The notes below the pieces were generated by a model. The model worked only from the letters and a program-made list of their open reading frames with translations. It did no database searches and was not told the DNA's origin. A stretch of 63,908 nucleotides of DNA, counting the filler, from Octopus bimaculoides (taxonomy: Eukaryota), in the NCBI RefSeq assembly GCF_001194135.2. It is 5 parts of 5 records of this genome, joined end to end, with 100 filler letters (N's around TTAATTAATTAA, not from the genome) between each part and the next. Parts side by side here need not be neighbours in the genome. Positions count along the whole stretch, not along the records: positions 1 to 29,414 come from NC_069003.1; 4 more parts are not named here. One strand, 5' to 3'. This document shows positions 12,060 to 26,169 of the stretch, in pieces (position 1 is the first letter of the stretch; the number at the start of each line of letters is the position of its first letter). The translations under genes and the position numbers were made by a program.

Positions 12060-12530
12060 TTGCCTTCGAGAGGCCCAGCACTCACTCGAAAGGTGCTTTT
12101 TATGTGCCACCAGTATGGGTGCCAGTTATGCGACACCAACAATGAATGCCACAACTATGATTTTACTTGGCTTGATAAGTCTTCTCAACTACAGCATATC
12201 GCAAAGATTTCAGTCAGTAGTCATAGCCTCTGTGAGGCCCAACATTCAAAGATCATGGTTCACCACCTCATCCCATGTCTTCCTGGGTCTTTCTCTTCCA
12301 CAGCTTCCTTTCACTGGTAGAGATTGACACTTCTTCACACAATTGTCCACATCCGTACACATCACATGACCATACTAATGCAGTCGTCTCTCTTGTACAC
12401 TACATCTTATGCCGCTTGTGCCCAACTTTTCTCTCAAGATGTTTACACTCTATCATGCATGCACGCCGACATTGTACATCAAACAAAGCATACTAGCTTC
12501 ATTTCTTTCAAGCCAGCGCATGTCCTCGAC
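12060..12530 (-). mobile_element. RTE-clade LINE 3' fragment
   Basis: Reverse complement matches 2380-2600 and 14170-14500 (RRLHWYGHV...RGRPRKTW). Confidence 0.8.
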
Positions 12531-12964
12531 ATATACATATGGATTTATATGTAATTGATAACAAAGAGGAGAGGGGAGATTTATCTACATCCAAAACTTT
12601 TAAAAAGTTTTCTACAGCATATATAACATGTATGTTATATGTATGTTTTGACTAGTGACTGCCCATTGCTCTGTATGTAATTATGCATCCTAGTCGCTGC
12701 TGTTTCATCAAGGGTCCATCACTCATGACGTTTTCAACATGAACTGATTCAAACAAGCATCCTTACAGTTGAATAGGAACACAGAGCTACCCAACAAGTG
12801 AAGCTTACCAGTACCAGTACCTCTTTTAAGCTTTAGTACTACGTTATTGGACTGTTGTGGATAGCCGGTATCTATACCATTTTGTGAGATAATACAGTAT
12901 CTGCCAGGATAATTTATACCTTTTATACTCAATTCAATGTGTTTATGTGTGTGTGTGCATGTAT

Positions 12965-13009
<45 letters not shown>

Positions 13010-13905
13010 ATATATATATATAAATGTATATATATACATATNNNNNNNNNNNNNNNNNNNNNNNNNNNNNNNNNNNNNNNNNNNNNNNNNNNNNNNNNNN
13101 NNNNNNNNNNNNNNNNNNNNNNNNNNNNNNNNNNNNNNNNNNNNNNNNNNNNNNNNNNNNNNNNNNNNNNNNNNNNNNNNNNNNNNNNNNNNNNNNNNNN
13201 NNNNNNNNNNNNNNNNNNNNNNNNNNNNNNNNNNNNNNNNNNNNNNNNNNNNNNNNNNNNNNNNNNNNNNNNNNNNNNNNNNNNNNNNNNNNNNNNNNNN
13301 NNNNNNNNNNNNNNNNNNNNNNNNNNNNNNNNNNNNNNNNNNNNNNNNNNNNNNNNNNNNNNNNNNNNNNNNNNNNNNNNNNNNNNNNNNNNNNNNNNNN
13401 NNNNNNNNNNNNNNNNNNNNNNNNNNNNNNNNNNNNNNNNNNNNNNNNNNNNNNNNNNNNNNNNNNNNNNNNNNNNNNNNNNNNNNNNNNNNNNNNNNNN
13501 NNNNNNNNNNNNNNNNNNNNNNNNNNNNNNNNNNNNNNNNNNNNNNNNNNNNNNNNNNNNNNNNNNNNNNNNNNNNNNNNNNNNNNNNNNNNNNNNNNNN
13601 NNNNNNNNNNNNNNNNNNNNNNNNNNNNNNNNNNNNNNNNNNNNNNNNNNNNNNNNNNNNNNNNNNNNNNNNNNNNNNNNNNNNNNNNNNNNNNNNNNNN
13701 NNNNNNNNNNNNNNNNNNNNNNNNNNNNNNNNNNNNNNNNNNNNNNNNNNNNNNNNNNNNNNNNNNNNNNNNNNNNNNNNNNNNNNNNNNNNNNNNNNNN
13801 NNNNNNNNNNNNNNNNNNNNNNNNNNNNNNNNNNNNNNNNNNNNNNNNNNNNNNNNNNNNNNNNNNNNNNNNNNNNNNNNNNNNNNNNNNNNNNNNNNNN
13901 NNNNN

Positions 13906-13944
<39 letters not shown>

Positions 13945-13964
13945 TATATATGTATATATATCAT

Positions 13965-14510
13965 CATCATCATCAATGTCTGTTGTCCATGCTGGTATGG
14001 GTTGGACAGTTTGACCAGGGCTGGCAAGCTGAGGGTCTGCACCAAATTCTAGTCTGATTTGGTATGGTGTCTACGGCTGGATGACCTTCCTAATGCCAAC
14101 CACTCCAAGAGTGTAATGGGTACTTTTACATGCCATCGCCACAGGTGCCAGATGTGTGACATAACTATCTGCCACAACTATGATTTCACTTGGTCTGATG
14201 GGTCTTGCACCTGTGAGGCCCAGCATTTCAAGATCATACTTCACCACGTCATCCCATGTCTTCCTGGGTCTACCTCTTCCACAGGTTCCCTCCACAGTTA
14301 GAGATCGGCACTTCTTTACACAGCTGGCCTTGCCCATGCACATCACATGACCATACCAGTGCAGTCGTCTCTCTTGCACACTATATCTGATGCCTCTTAT
14401 CCTCAACTTTCCTCTCAAAACACTTAGTCTGTCATACATGCACACTGACTGACATTGCACATCAAGCAAAGCATACTAGCTTCATTTCTTTCAAGCCAAC
14501 ACATCCTATA
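13965..14510 (-). mobile_element. RTE-clade LINE 3' end with tail
   Basis: ORF 14071-14469 RRLHWYGHVMCMGKASCVKKCRSLTVEGTCGRGRPRKTW, followed by the same tail as 2900-3060 and a (GAT)n end. Confidence 0.85.
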
Positions 14511-15807
14511 AATGTATATATGTATATATCTAATTGTTTAGACTAATAGGTATTTGTCATTTAGTGTGTTGATATGTTGAGTAAAGCACTAGCACAGTTT
14601 GGGCTATCTGGTGTCATCTGCAGTTGGGTTATATTTCCATTGGAGCTACTTCAGGAATTCTGCAGTGTTGATTGAGATAATAATCGATTAATGAAACAGA
14701 GGATGTGTATGAAAATCATTTCGACCCATCCTTTACGTGTGGGATAATGTACATCATATTGTGTTACATCAATTTTTCAGCCTGAGTCACATCAGGTACA
14801 TGCATACATAAAGTGGTGTCCCACTACAAATATTGAGCTCAGACAGTCGTGTCGGTCTTTGCCTGCTTCATTAGGGAGTGAGGTTTTGCTATCATTGTCC
14901 TCATGTTAAATATTCATAACAAATAGTTGTAAATATAAAAATATAAATTGTAGAAAAGAAAAGAGGATATAAAAGAGAAAGTGTGTTGAAAAGAATATAG
15001 ACAGGGTGAGACCTGCTAACAAAGGATTAGATATAGATAGGGTGAGGCCTGTTAAGGAGAGATTAGATTGCATTAAGTTTAAAGAGAAGGATGAGTACTA
15101 CAATTCTAACATAGGGGAGGGGGTAGGGATGTGTATGGGCACATACATACACATTCACACACATACATGCACATATACACACACAGAGACATAGGCGCCC
15201 ACATACACCCTTACCCATGTAGGCCATAAGCTCTTACAGTCCTACGATAAATGATAAATCAATAAATGATAAATCTCGGAAAATACATACAGTAAAAGTC
15301 TGTCATCACAGCTATTTTGAGATGAAGATGGGGATCTGGGTAGGTGTCATGTGGGAGACTGTGTGGTGTGTGCTTTAACAATAGCACACTGGATTGTTGG
15401 TTCGTCCATTGGTCACAGATGACCAGACACACTCGTATGTATATGATTATATGTATAGACACGTGTACACACTCATAATGGCATATTTAACTCTATACAA
15501 AACACCAATGTGTGTGTATATACACATATACACACACATACATACATATATACACACACACATCTACACATGTGCACACATATATCAATACATACATACA
15601 TATACATACACTCATATGCACACTGTGGTATAAGTTCATATATATGTACCTATACATTTGCATGCATGCACACATACACCCATACATATACATGTCTTTG
15701 CATGCCAGTACGTGTGTATATATTTCAGTGTGCATGCACGCATTAACACACATGCATTCACACATACACCTACATATGTGTGTGTGTGTGTATCTATATA
15801 TACATAC

Positions 15808-15877
<70 letters not shown>

Positions 15878-16264
15878 TTCTGTATATTTATACATGTGTG
15901 TGCATATATACATATATTTATATAATGTTTGTTGCCACTTCAACATGGCTGTTCTGTATGAACTGATATTACTACCTTTTTTAACCCCATTTTTAACCAT
16001 TGAGGATGGGCAAAAATAGCCCGAAACCAGACAGTCTGGTTGTCCTGTCATGTCGCTAAAAGATGGTAGGGGTTCACTCCCCTGTTTGCAATATATATTA
16101 GGTGCAGATTGCATTGATAACCAGCTAGAGGAGGCTTCCTTTTGGGGCTAAAACTGATAGTGACGATGGCTCGTATGGAACAGACATGTTGAAGTGGCAA
16201 CAAACATTACTTCTTAGTATAGTTACTACTGTGTGTATAATGTATGCATATAGATATATATATT

Positions 16265-16612
16265 CCTTTATTCTGTTTCAGTTGTTTGACTGTGGCCATG
16301 CTGAAGCACCACCTTTAGTTGAACAAATCAATCCCAGAACTTATTCTTTGCAAGCCTGATACTTATTCTATCGGTTTCTTTTGCCGAACCGCTAAGTAAC
16401 GGGGACATAAACACACCAACATCGGTTGTCATGCAATGGTGGGGGGACAGAGGCACACACACATATACATACAATGGGCTTCTTTCAGTTTCCGTCTACC
16501 AAATCCAGTCACAAGGCTTTGGTTGGCCCGAATCTATAGTAGAAGACGTCACTTGCTCAAGGTGCCACACAGTGGGACTGAACCTGGAACCACGTTGTTG
16601 GAAAGCAAGCAA
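16265..16612 (-). mobile_element. tRNA-SINE family A, near full length
   Basis: Reverse complement of the 59085-59470 family. Confidence 0.85.
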
Positions 16613-16723
16613 TGCTTGCATCTCTCTCTCTCTCTCTCTCCATATATATATATTGTATCTATATGTACATGTAGATGAAGGTATGTACATACATGTACAT
16701 ATATATGCATATACTCATATATT

Positions 16724-16813
<90 letters not shown>

Positions 16814-16822
16814 TAAAGCTAA

Positions 16823-16978
16823 TTTAATACTTTACTGCTCTATACTTTAGAGTGTGTTTATTATTCGTACTTGATACATTGACGTACACATACCCATATG
16901 TGCATGTGTGTGTACGTCAATGTATCATATATCCGAATAAGAAGCGCACTCTAAGGTATAGAGCAGTAAAGTATTAAA
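16823..16978. repeat. Foldback inverted repeat, ~70-bp arms with ~16-nt loop
   Basis: 16823-16890 is the near-perfect reverse complement of 16907-16978. TTAA lies near both ends. Confidence 0.9.
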
Positions 16979-17018
16979 CCGCTAAACTCTATGACCAGAC
17001 TTTTGTGCTTTAATAATG

Positions 17019-17060
<42 letters not shown>

Positions 17061-17112
17061 CAGACATATATATATTTAAGTATAAGATAAATATATAGTC
17101 GTGTGTGCGTGC

Positions 17113-17162
<50 letters not shown>

Positions 17163-17690
17163 AAGTATATGTAATAGCTTGTAGTCCATTTGTTCTCTCG
17201 TACCTATTGTTTTTGTCCATGAACATGTTTACATTTATTTAGTAATAACCTTTGCATATGTGTGTGCATGCCTATGTCGCTGTTTTTAATATGGACTGTT
17301 GTTGTGGTTCCCTGTAACAGCACATACTACTACTACGACATATATTTATATAAATGTGTGCACATTTATATTTGTGTGTCTGTGAATTATGAAAGGAGGG
17401 GTGTGGAGCACGAAACAACATTTTTGTTAATGAATGTTTAACTAACATAGCCACGAAATAGTGTGTGCGCGCGTGCGTGTGTATTAGAACGATTTATAAA
17501 CTTCCCAGTTGTATGTTTATTTCTACATCGAGAAAGACATCTCGCTGTGTGTGTGTGTGTGATGTATTGTTTGTTTTTATGTTCAGTTATAATAAAAGCA
17601 ATTTTACATTAATCTGATGTGTTACTCTAGATCGACGATGGCTTAGCTGGCCAAAACTTCGAAGTCACTGTCGATAATATTCTTGTGTAA

Positions 17691-17735
<45 letters not shown>

Positions 17736-18208
17736 CTGGGGAATATTAATATATATACTACTCTACATTTTATAGTGTTTCTTCTTTCGGATTTGTTTTC
17801 TTACATATATATGTATATATATATGCACGCATACACACACACACACACAGTATGTGTCTAGTGAATGTTTGTTAATGTGGAGAGAGTGAGAGAGGTGGAG
17901 AAGAAGGAGTAAGAGCGAGAAGAGGGAGAGAATGAGAGACAGATAGACAAACAGACAGGCACAGACACTGGTGTATTGTTGCAGTTGAGAAGCAAGCAAG
18001 AAGCAGCCAATTGATTCAGGGTATTTTCGAATGTTTAGTATTTAGAAATTATGTCTGATCACAGAATAACCTTTAACTTACTGTAGAGTGAGAGAGAAGG
18101 CTGGGGTAGTAGAACTATTTGTAAATTAGGGTGTAGGTTTAGGTGGCTCCCATCATGAATAAATTACAGGATTCCAGTCTATGTGTGTGATGAGTGACTT
18201 TTACTTAC

Positions 18209-19274
18209 CCGTGGTAATGGTTTTCTCGGTTGGCATACTGCTAAAAGACACGGTCTTCTTCCTCAGTGATTTGCGGCTGCTGTTTTTGATAATGCTGCTC
18301 CTTCGCGGCAAAGTGGGGAGACTTTCGGACTCTTCTTCAGACGGTACCTCTTGGTTGCTACAAGACGAACAGGTGGGTGGTGGCGGTTGTAATAAATTGC
18401 TGTCGTTGGGAGCCGGGGCACTCCGCGAGGAGAAGTTGTTTGAAGTCTCGTCCATCTGCGCTGTACCCCCATTAACCGAGTAATGATGGTAACAGTCTGA
18501 AAGTTGAGCGTAGGATTCGTTTGATGTGACGCTATCCTTTCGCGATATATAGGACGATGTCGAGACATCGCTGCCCACTTGGTCGCTGTTGGGGAATGGA
18601 GGATTAAGAGAGGAGGGTGCAGGGTCGCTGGTTGGAGGCGGTACGACGCCGTTTAAGAACACTTCATCGTGTTGGCTTTCTTCATTACTTGAGGTTTGTT
18701 TAGTTACTGGAAGAGCAGTAGCTGTGGCCGAGGTAGTTACGGTAGTTGTAGTTACAGGGTTGGGCACGTTGAAGTAGAATGGTCCTTGAGACGGACAGAT
18801 TAAACCATGAGACATTGGAGAAGCTGGAGGATGAGGGCTATAAGACTGATGATGGCAACAATGGTGTTGATTGTGATCGAGTTGCTGCTGCTGCTGCTGT
18901 TGTTGTTGTTGTTGTTGGCAATGATACTGGTGGTGCGAGGTTTCTGTGTCAGTGGCCGATGGTGAAGGCCTCGGGCTAGTTACAGATTCAGCCTTATTAT
19001 GTTGACCTTCTAAGTTCGTATGAGACGAATGAATGCAGGTACAAGAGAGGTTGTTTGCTCTGGCTAAGGACACGGCAGCATTGTCGCCGTCTGCTTGTGT
19101 CGTCGGATGAGGAGAAGCAGACTTGGTGCTGCCAATGTCACAGACTCCAACACTGCAACAACTGTAAGACGCTGTGGAGGCGACTGTCACCGCCGAGTGG
19201 GCAGGAAGAAGAGAAGAAGGTGGTGGTGGTGGTGAATGTGATTTGAGAAGCGAGTGGTTGTTGGTATCCATCAT
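18209..19274 (-). CDS. PLCL1/PLCL2: Phospholipase C-like protein (PLCL/PRIP family), first coding exon
   Basis: Long stop-free frame ending PRRSSIIKNSSRKSLRKKTVSFSSMPTEKTITT, matching vertebrate PLCL PRRSSIIK...RKKTVSFSSMPSEKKISS from recall. Donor G|GTAAGT at 18209/18208 (phase 1). Pyrimidine-rich acceptor TTTTAG at 19335-19334. An in-frame TAA at 19304-19302 precedes ATG 19274. No further PLC exon seen in 1-18200. Confidence 0.88.
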
Positions 19275-20713
19275 CACAGGAGGAAACACGAGTGGCGGAG
19301 ATTACGCTTGGACAGCTGCGATTTAAGGTCAACCTAAAAGAGAAGACAGAAGAAAACAATAACAAGGGGACAAGAAAAGAAACAGGGGAAACGCGCGCGT
19401 ACCGAAACATGGCACACACACACACACACAACAAATAGACAGATACGTTAACATACACATAGTAACACACAGATATACACTTAACATATAAACAAGTCAT
19501 ACACATATACACACTTATTAACATACACATGGTTACAGATACACACATACTCACTTATTAACATATAAACAGTCACGAATACACATTTATTAAGTCTCAC
19601 GCACACATAAACACACTAACGGCATTCTTTCGCAAACACACTAACATATAAATATCAAGTCACACACACAGATACACATTAGCACAAACACAGTCACACA
19701 CGGATATACACTCATTAACACATAATCACACACCGAACATACACACACTACAATACTATGTCCGTAAAGACATTTCCACGCTTTGAGACTTGTTTAAAAA
19801 AAAAGACTATATATGGATGTATGTGTGTGTGTGTGTGTGTGTGTACATACATTAATATGCAGAAATTGAGACATGCATATGCAAAAACAAGCACATATAT
19901 ACACATGCAGACATGTACTACAAACACACACACACATAGCCCTATATATACACCCACATACATCGAGAAAGCATTGTAAACATTTGACTTTCGCTATTTC
20001 TTCCCTGAGAGCATTGGTTTTACTGTTTAAACATTCACTAAATCTTTAACTTAGTCAATAAACAAACACACATACATACATATTTGTACAACACGTGTGT
20101 GTTGGGTGTGTTTGTGTGTATAATGGTAATAATAATTAAATATAGATTGACAGACAGACAGATAGATAGATAAACTGATAGAAGTATAAAATTTAGTCAG
20201 ATTTGTGGTGAGAGTTTGGGATGGGAATGTGAAAGATGAAAATTGCAAGTAAACGACGGTCATTTTTTGTTGTATTGATTGTCTGAAGAGACTGAAAGAC
20301 TGTCTATGGAATCAAGAAGGTACAGGTAGAAGAAAGAAGATATTAGTGGTTTTACTTGCAGGAATTTCTATGGACTGATGATGGACTAACAAACAACCCA
20401 CTACATTTCTAAGCATCGCCGTTATTATCATGTATCATCATTCTTATATAAGTAAAGCTATACATAAGAAACCAAGCATGGACATCTCAATAGGAACATA
20501 AAATATAATAACAATAATATATGAATATTATATTATATTATATAGAGATATATTTATACAAACCATGTGTTTATGGTACGTCTGAAACGGTACAGCTGGG
20601 AGATCCGCGGTTTTGAAACGATAGAGATATCATCATAGTCATAATAATTACACTTACGAATTGTTGCAGTGGCTTCTATACCATCTCTCTCGCTCGCTCC
20701 CTTTTTAATTACC

Positions 20714-20744
<31 letters not shown>

Positions 20745-22997
20745 ATGACTCTTGATCTCTCCGTCTGACCCTCTTTCTGTCTATCACATTATCCTTGTCC
20801 GCGCACTCTCTTCCAACTCTTCTACCTTACTACTCTTTCTTTCTCTCTCTCTCTCCTACTCTATGACACTATATTCACTCTCACTCTCTCTCTCCTACTC
20901 TATGACACTATATTCACTCTCTCTCTCTCTCGTATAGCCTTTCTATATATCTATCTCCTCTGTTGGTTTAGGTTTTAATATGTAACTTCTTTCCCCTCTC
21001 TCAATCACTTTAAACTTGCTCACATCTTTTTTTCCTTTTCTCTTCTTTTCATGCCTTTTATCTCCTTACATACACACATTCTCTCTTTCTTGCTTTTCTT
21101 CAATGTATTTACGCCTTCTCTCTCACTCACACTTCTCTCGCAATCACTCACTCATACTCTCTATTTCTCACCTCACTCCTTCAATCACTCATTAATGCAC
21201 ACATTCTCTTTAGCTTCTGTTTTTCACACTCACTCACTAATCATAACCTCTCTTTTTCTCAGTCACTCATACATACACTTTTCCTCACTCTAGTTCTCTC
21301 TCAATCTCTCGGTAGTGGTAAAATCTCTCCGCGCTGAATCCAATGACACATACACAGACGCACACACATATCACAAATATACATTTATAAAACTATACAC
21401 ATACACACATACAAATACACACGCATATGTATGTGTGTCTATGCGTGTGTGTGTATATATANNNNNNNNNNNNNNNNNNNNNNNNNNNNNNNNNNNNNNN
21501 NNNNNNNNNNNNNNNNNNNNNNNNNNNNNNNNNNNNNNNNNNNNNNNNNNNNNNNNNNNNNNNNNNNNNNNNNNNNNNNNNNNNNNNNNNNNNNNNNNNN
21601 NNNNNNNNNNNNNNNNNNNNNNNNNNNNNNNNNNNNNNNNNNNNNNNNNNNNNNNNNNNNNNNNNNNNNNNNNNNNNNNNNNNNNNNNNNNNNNNNNNNN
21701 NNNNNNNNNNNNNNNNNNNNNNNNNNNNNNNNNNNNNNNNNNNNNNNNNNNNNNNNNNNNNNNNNNNNNNNNNNNNNNNNNNNNNNNNNNNNNNNNNNNN
21801 NNNNNNNNNNNNNNNNNNNNNNNNNNNNNNNNNNNNNNNNNNNNNNNNNNNNNNNNNNNNNNNNNNNNNNNNNNNNNNNNNNNNNNNNNNNNNNNNNNNN
21901 NNNNNNNNNNNNNNNNNNNNNNNNNNNNNNNNNNNNNNNNNNNNNNNNNNNNNNNNNNNNNNNNNNNNNNNNNNNNNNNNNNNNNNNNNNNNNNNNNNNN
22001 NNNNNNNNNNNNNNNNNNNNNNNNNNNNNNNNNNNNNNNNNNNNNNNNNNNNNNNNNNNNNNNNNNNNNNNNNNNNNNNNNNNNNNNNNNNNNNNNNNNN
22101 NNNNNNNNNNNNNGGCGACACCTTCACACACATCCATCATGTTCATACACATATACACGTACTAAATTACAACAGACATAGTTACACAAACATACACGGA
22201 CACACACAAATATAACCAGTCACGCACCTAATAACGTACACACACATACATACATAACCGTACAATAACGCAATCAGTTACACAGTAGCACACACATAAT
22301 TACATAGCTATACACACACATAAGCACTTACAATCACTCACATAATCACACACAACCACAATCACACATAATCATACACGCACACATACTCACACATCCA
22401 CAAGGACGAAACAACCAGTTTTGCTTACCCCAAGCCGAAGCTATGTACTTTCGCTTCCACCCAATTTCTACAATTTACATAATTTGCATCAATTCTAGTC
22501 TTTCATTCCGCCAAAGAAGCGGCAGCGATGGTAGTGGTTAAGGTAAATAGCCGGGTCATGTGCGAAGCCGTATGTTGTAGTTCCAGATTCTTTAGTTGGG
22601 AGTTCAAATCCCGCCGGCTTCTGATTCTCCTTTTTATCTCTCTGAAGTCGATAAAATAAATGTTAATTCGAGCATTTTACTCTCTCTCTCTCTCTCTCTT
22701 TCTCTCTCTTTTTCTCTCTCTCTCTCTCTAATAAATATTTGGCCTTATGCCAATATAAGAGATTGGTTATATTTACTTTATCTTTTACTTTACATCTTTT
22801 TTTTTTTTGGCTTTTATTGTTGTTGCTATTGTGGTTGCTGTCCATAATCATTATCATTAATTATTCTTATGATTGACTTTTATTGTTGATGTTATTATTG
22901 TTGTCTACATCACCACCATCATCATCACCACTACTACTACCAGCAACATGGTCATAGTCATCCGCACTACAACTATCATTATTACCATCATCATCAT

Positions 22998-23043
<46 letters not shown>

Positions 23044-23199
23044 GTTACCGTCAATCATCACCATCAACATCACCACCACTATTAACATCATTATCAGCAG
23101 CAACGGCATCACTACCACCACCACCATCGTCGTCGTCGTCATCTAATTAGTCCAATTTATGGTGCCGAATTACCATTGAACCATTTCAAGCCAACGCAA

Positions 23200-24611
23200 A
23201 GAAAGCCTGTATAAGGTAGCTCGATCTGCTAGAAATAGCAGCCAAATTTCTTTCAAAACAGTCCAATCGACTTCACAAAACAAAAGAGAAAGAAAGAAGG
23301 CAAGAATGAAAAAAGAAAGAAAGAAATTGGAAAATCGTCGTCGCTAAATATACTGGAAATAAGAGAAGGTGTGGGTTGTTTACAGTTGAATTGCCTTGTG
23401 ATCAGAGCAGACCCGAGGCTAAACAACAACAACAACCACCGCATCTCATAACTCTACACTACACCACACATTCTCGACTACAACAGTACCCGAACCACAA
23501 CATTGCTATACCATACAGTACTATGCACCAGACTACATACCACACCGCTATGTACACTACCATCATACTGTAAAACTGTTACCCTCTCACTCTCTTCATA
23601 CAATAACCACTTCATGTACAACCACACATACTAACATCACACATTATCCCCTCCCTTACACAGGAATCCTCTACATGATTGCCTGATCTGCTAAAGTAAT
23701 CAAAACTCCCTCAAATCACACCTTGTCACCTTACAAAAAAGAAACAGGTAAACTTGTTGGGTACTTGCGTAAACAATGCCCTCCACAACAATACAAAAGC
23801 CCTCATGTTGGACTCCTCGAATGTTTACAAAAATTCTCAAGCATGGAGTTTTATGGTTTATAAAATATACTATAAAGTTGTCACTGAGATAGTTTAATTA
23901 GTCCAAGTAATTAATCATTGTCTTATCGGCTAATAAAGTATTATTTACACTACACGTATGGAATCCTGTATTGTCTGCAAAAATTCTAAGGTGTGCTCTG
24001 TTATATATCTGTAAAATATACTATAAAACAGTAATTAACTCAGTTTAATTAGTCCTTAATTAATCTTAGCAGTCTGAACATACTGATGTTGGTCCTGGGT
24101 TCCTTGCACATAGGGAAAAAGCGGAACGGTCACAACTGGAATGTCTTCGAGTGTGTGTGTATTCGATCAGGGCTGACCGAGGGCTAAACACATGATAGGC
24201 AAAAAATCCGTCCTTGCTTAAGAAGCCTCTACGTAATAGCTCGAGATGCTAGAAAAAGTAGTCGAATGCCCTCGAATCCGATCTTTCTGTCTTAAAAAGG
24301 GAAGGACACATTAAATAACGTAGTCGTACAAGGCAGAATAGTCATAGCTTAAACACCTTGAAGCAAATAATGGGGCCCCTCAACAAAGTCACTCGATCTC
24401 GTAGAAATAACAGCAAAATTTATCTTTAAATCACACCCTTCCATTACGGTGACAATGTCTTTGATCAGGTCTGTATGAGCACATGTGAGGTAACCTAGGA
24501 GTAAATAATTAACAATAACAACAATATTGAACCTTAATGAGACCAGGAAATGTCAATTAAGGAATCTTGTTCCTATTATTGAACACTTTCAGAATGGGTA
24601 GTCACTTGTTC

Positions 24612-24650
<39 letters not shown>

Positions 24651-25130
24651 TGAATCAATAAGGGCGCTTATAAAACAGGTGATTGATCTTGTTAAAAACA
24701 ACAGCTAAATCTCCTCTTAATCATATCCTATCGTCTTAAAACGTAAGGGATACATTCAGTGATGTAGTCCTAGATACACTATATCTGAATAGAAGACAGG
24801 ACAGTTAGCATTGGGATGCTTTTTATTCATAGATCTGTTCAGCAAAAGCAGCGAAGGTAGACCTTGAGCTGAGGAACCACGACATAGATTTGTGTTTCTG
24901 GGACAAAAACTATGTTATTGTTGTAGCTGTTGTTGTTTTAAGGTCAAGATTCCTAAATCAAGCAACATAATGATCAAAGGCATTCCAGATGTTACCACAC
25001 CTTCTTCCAGTCATTTGTAAATAGTATATTTCAACTATTTCAAACGGCACACTGCCGTTTTAGTCATGGCTGGATTGCCTTTCATCATTGTCATTCAAGG
25101 CTGACCTGAGGTTAAACAACTTCAACATGT
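23200..25130. repeat. Cluster of decayed fragments of one interspersed repeat family (GATCTGCTAGAAATAGCAGCC / AATCACACCC..GTCTTAAAA)
   Basis: The same motifs recur in both orientations here and near 2215-2275, 37150-37230, 53290-53520 and 60200-60310. Class unknown. Confidence 0.55.
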
Positions 25131-25774
25131 ATATGAATGTATATGCACAATGTCATGCCTCTTTTACTCATACATTATCTTTCTAGGACTACATTGGGGG
25201 CACAGTATGGCTGGATGGTTAAAAAAGTCCTTTCTCAACCACCAAGTCCTAAGTTCGATTCTGTTGCCTGACATCTTGGGTAAATGTCATTGCTAGTAAC
25301 AGGGATAGGCAATAATACTTTTCGAGGAGCAGGTTGCACTGGTGAAAAAAATTCAATTTTTCATTGACGTGCCATTCAGAATGTCCCATGAGCCTCGGGT
25401 TGACTCTTACTGGGTAAATTGGGTAGACAGAAACTATATAGAAGTCTGTTTTATGGTTTGTACATGTAACTCAATAGGTACAGCCTAGGCATACACTGTG
25501 ACACTGATTCTGCCTGAGAATTACATTGAATACACTGAGTCTGTGGAATAATCAACCTCTTACATGCTTTTTTTTTTTTGCTTTTTCTTTTCAGGAACAG
25601 GCTATTTGGCTGATTGAAGAAAGCAACTGAACCCTTATTGTCAAAACCGACGGAGATCCACCACCACCAGAACCATTTTATCCAATGTGTCCTTTCTGTG
25701 ATTTCAGGGAAATTTAGTTGCTATGTCCAGCAAATTCAATGAGCACAGAAAGGTTTTACATAGAAAAGTGATAC

Positions 25775-25975
25775 TTTTGCTTGTTTCAGTCATTGGACTG
25801 TGGCCATGCTGGGGCACTGCCTCAAAGTGTTTTGGTCAAACAAGTGACCCCAGTACTTATCTTTTTAAAGCTTGGTATCTATTCTATTGATCACTTTTTC
25901 GGGCTACCAAGCTACGAGGAAGTAAACATGCCAACACCGGATGTCTAGTGGTGATGGGAGACAAACACACACACA
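25775..25975 (-). mobile_element. tRNA-SINE family A, 3' half
   Basis: Matches the family A tail. Confidence 0.8.
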
Positions 25976-26093
25976 CATATATACCTATACATACACACAC
26001 ACACAAATTATATTAGAGGAAAAATCAAAACCAAGGCAGGATCAGTATCTCAATTCATTTAGAATAATTTAATTAGGGTAAGGTGAATTTGAA

Positions 26094-26169
26094 GTCTCAC
26101 AGTCATTTCTGGGATAACGCAAGTGGCAGGTTAGCATGTCTGTGCACTGGGTATTCCATCATCAGAGAC
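26094..26169 (-). ncRNA. Degenerate hammerhead motif (cleavage triplet GUG, predicted inactive)
   Basis: Minus strand GUCU-CUGAUGA-UGG...CCA-GAAA-U-gacu-GUG-AGAC. It is the inverted copy of 29046-29111. Confidence 0.6.

Noticed and set aside
18255-18290. CTGAAGA...GAAA on the minus strand inside the PLCL exon
   Set aside because: No stems form; it is ordinary Ser/Glu coding sequence.
22510-22625. tRNA-like A/B boxes (also ~45770, 50215, 52372)
   Set aside because: No cloverleaf; these are decayed SINE heads, not tRNA genes.
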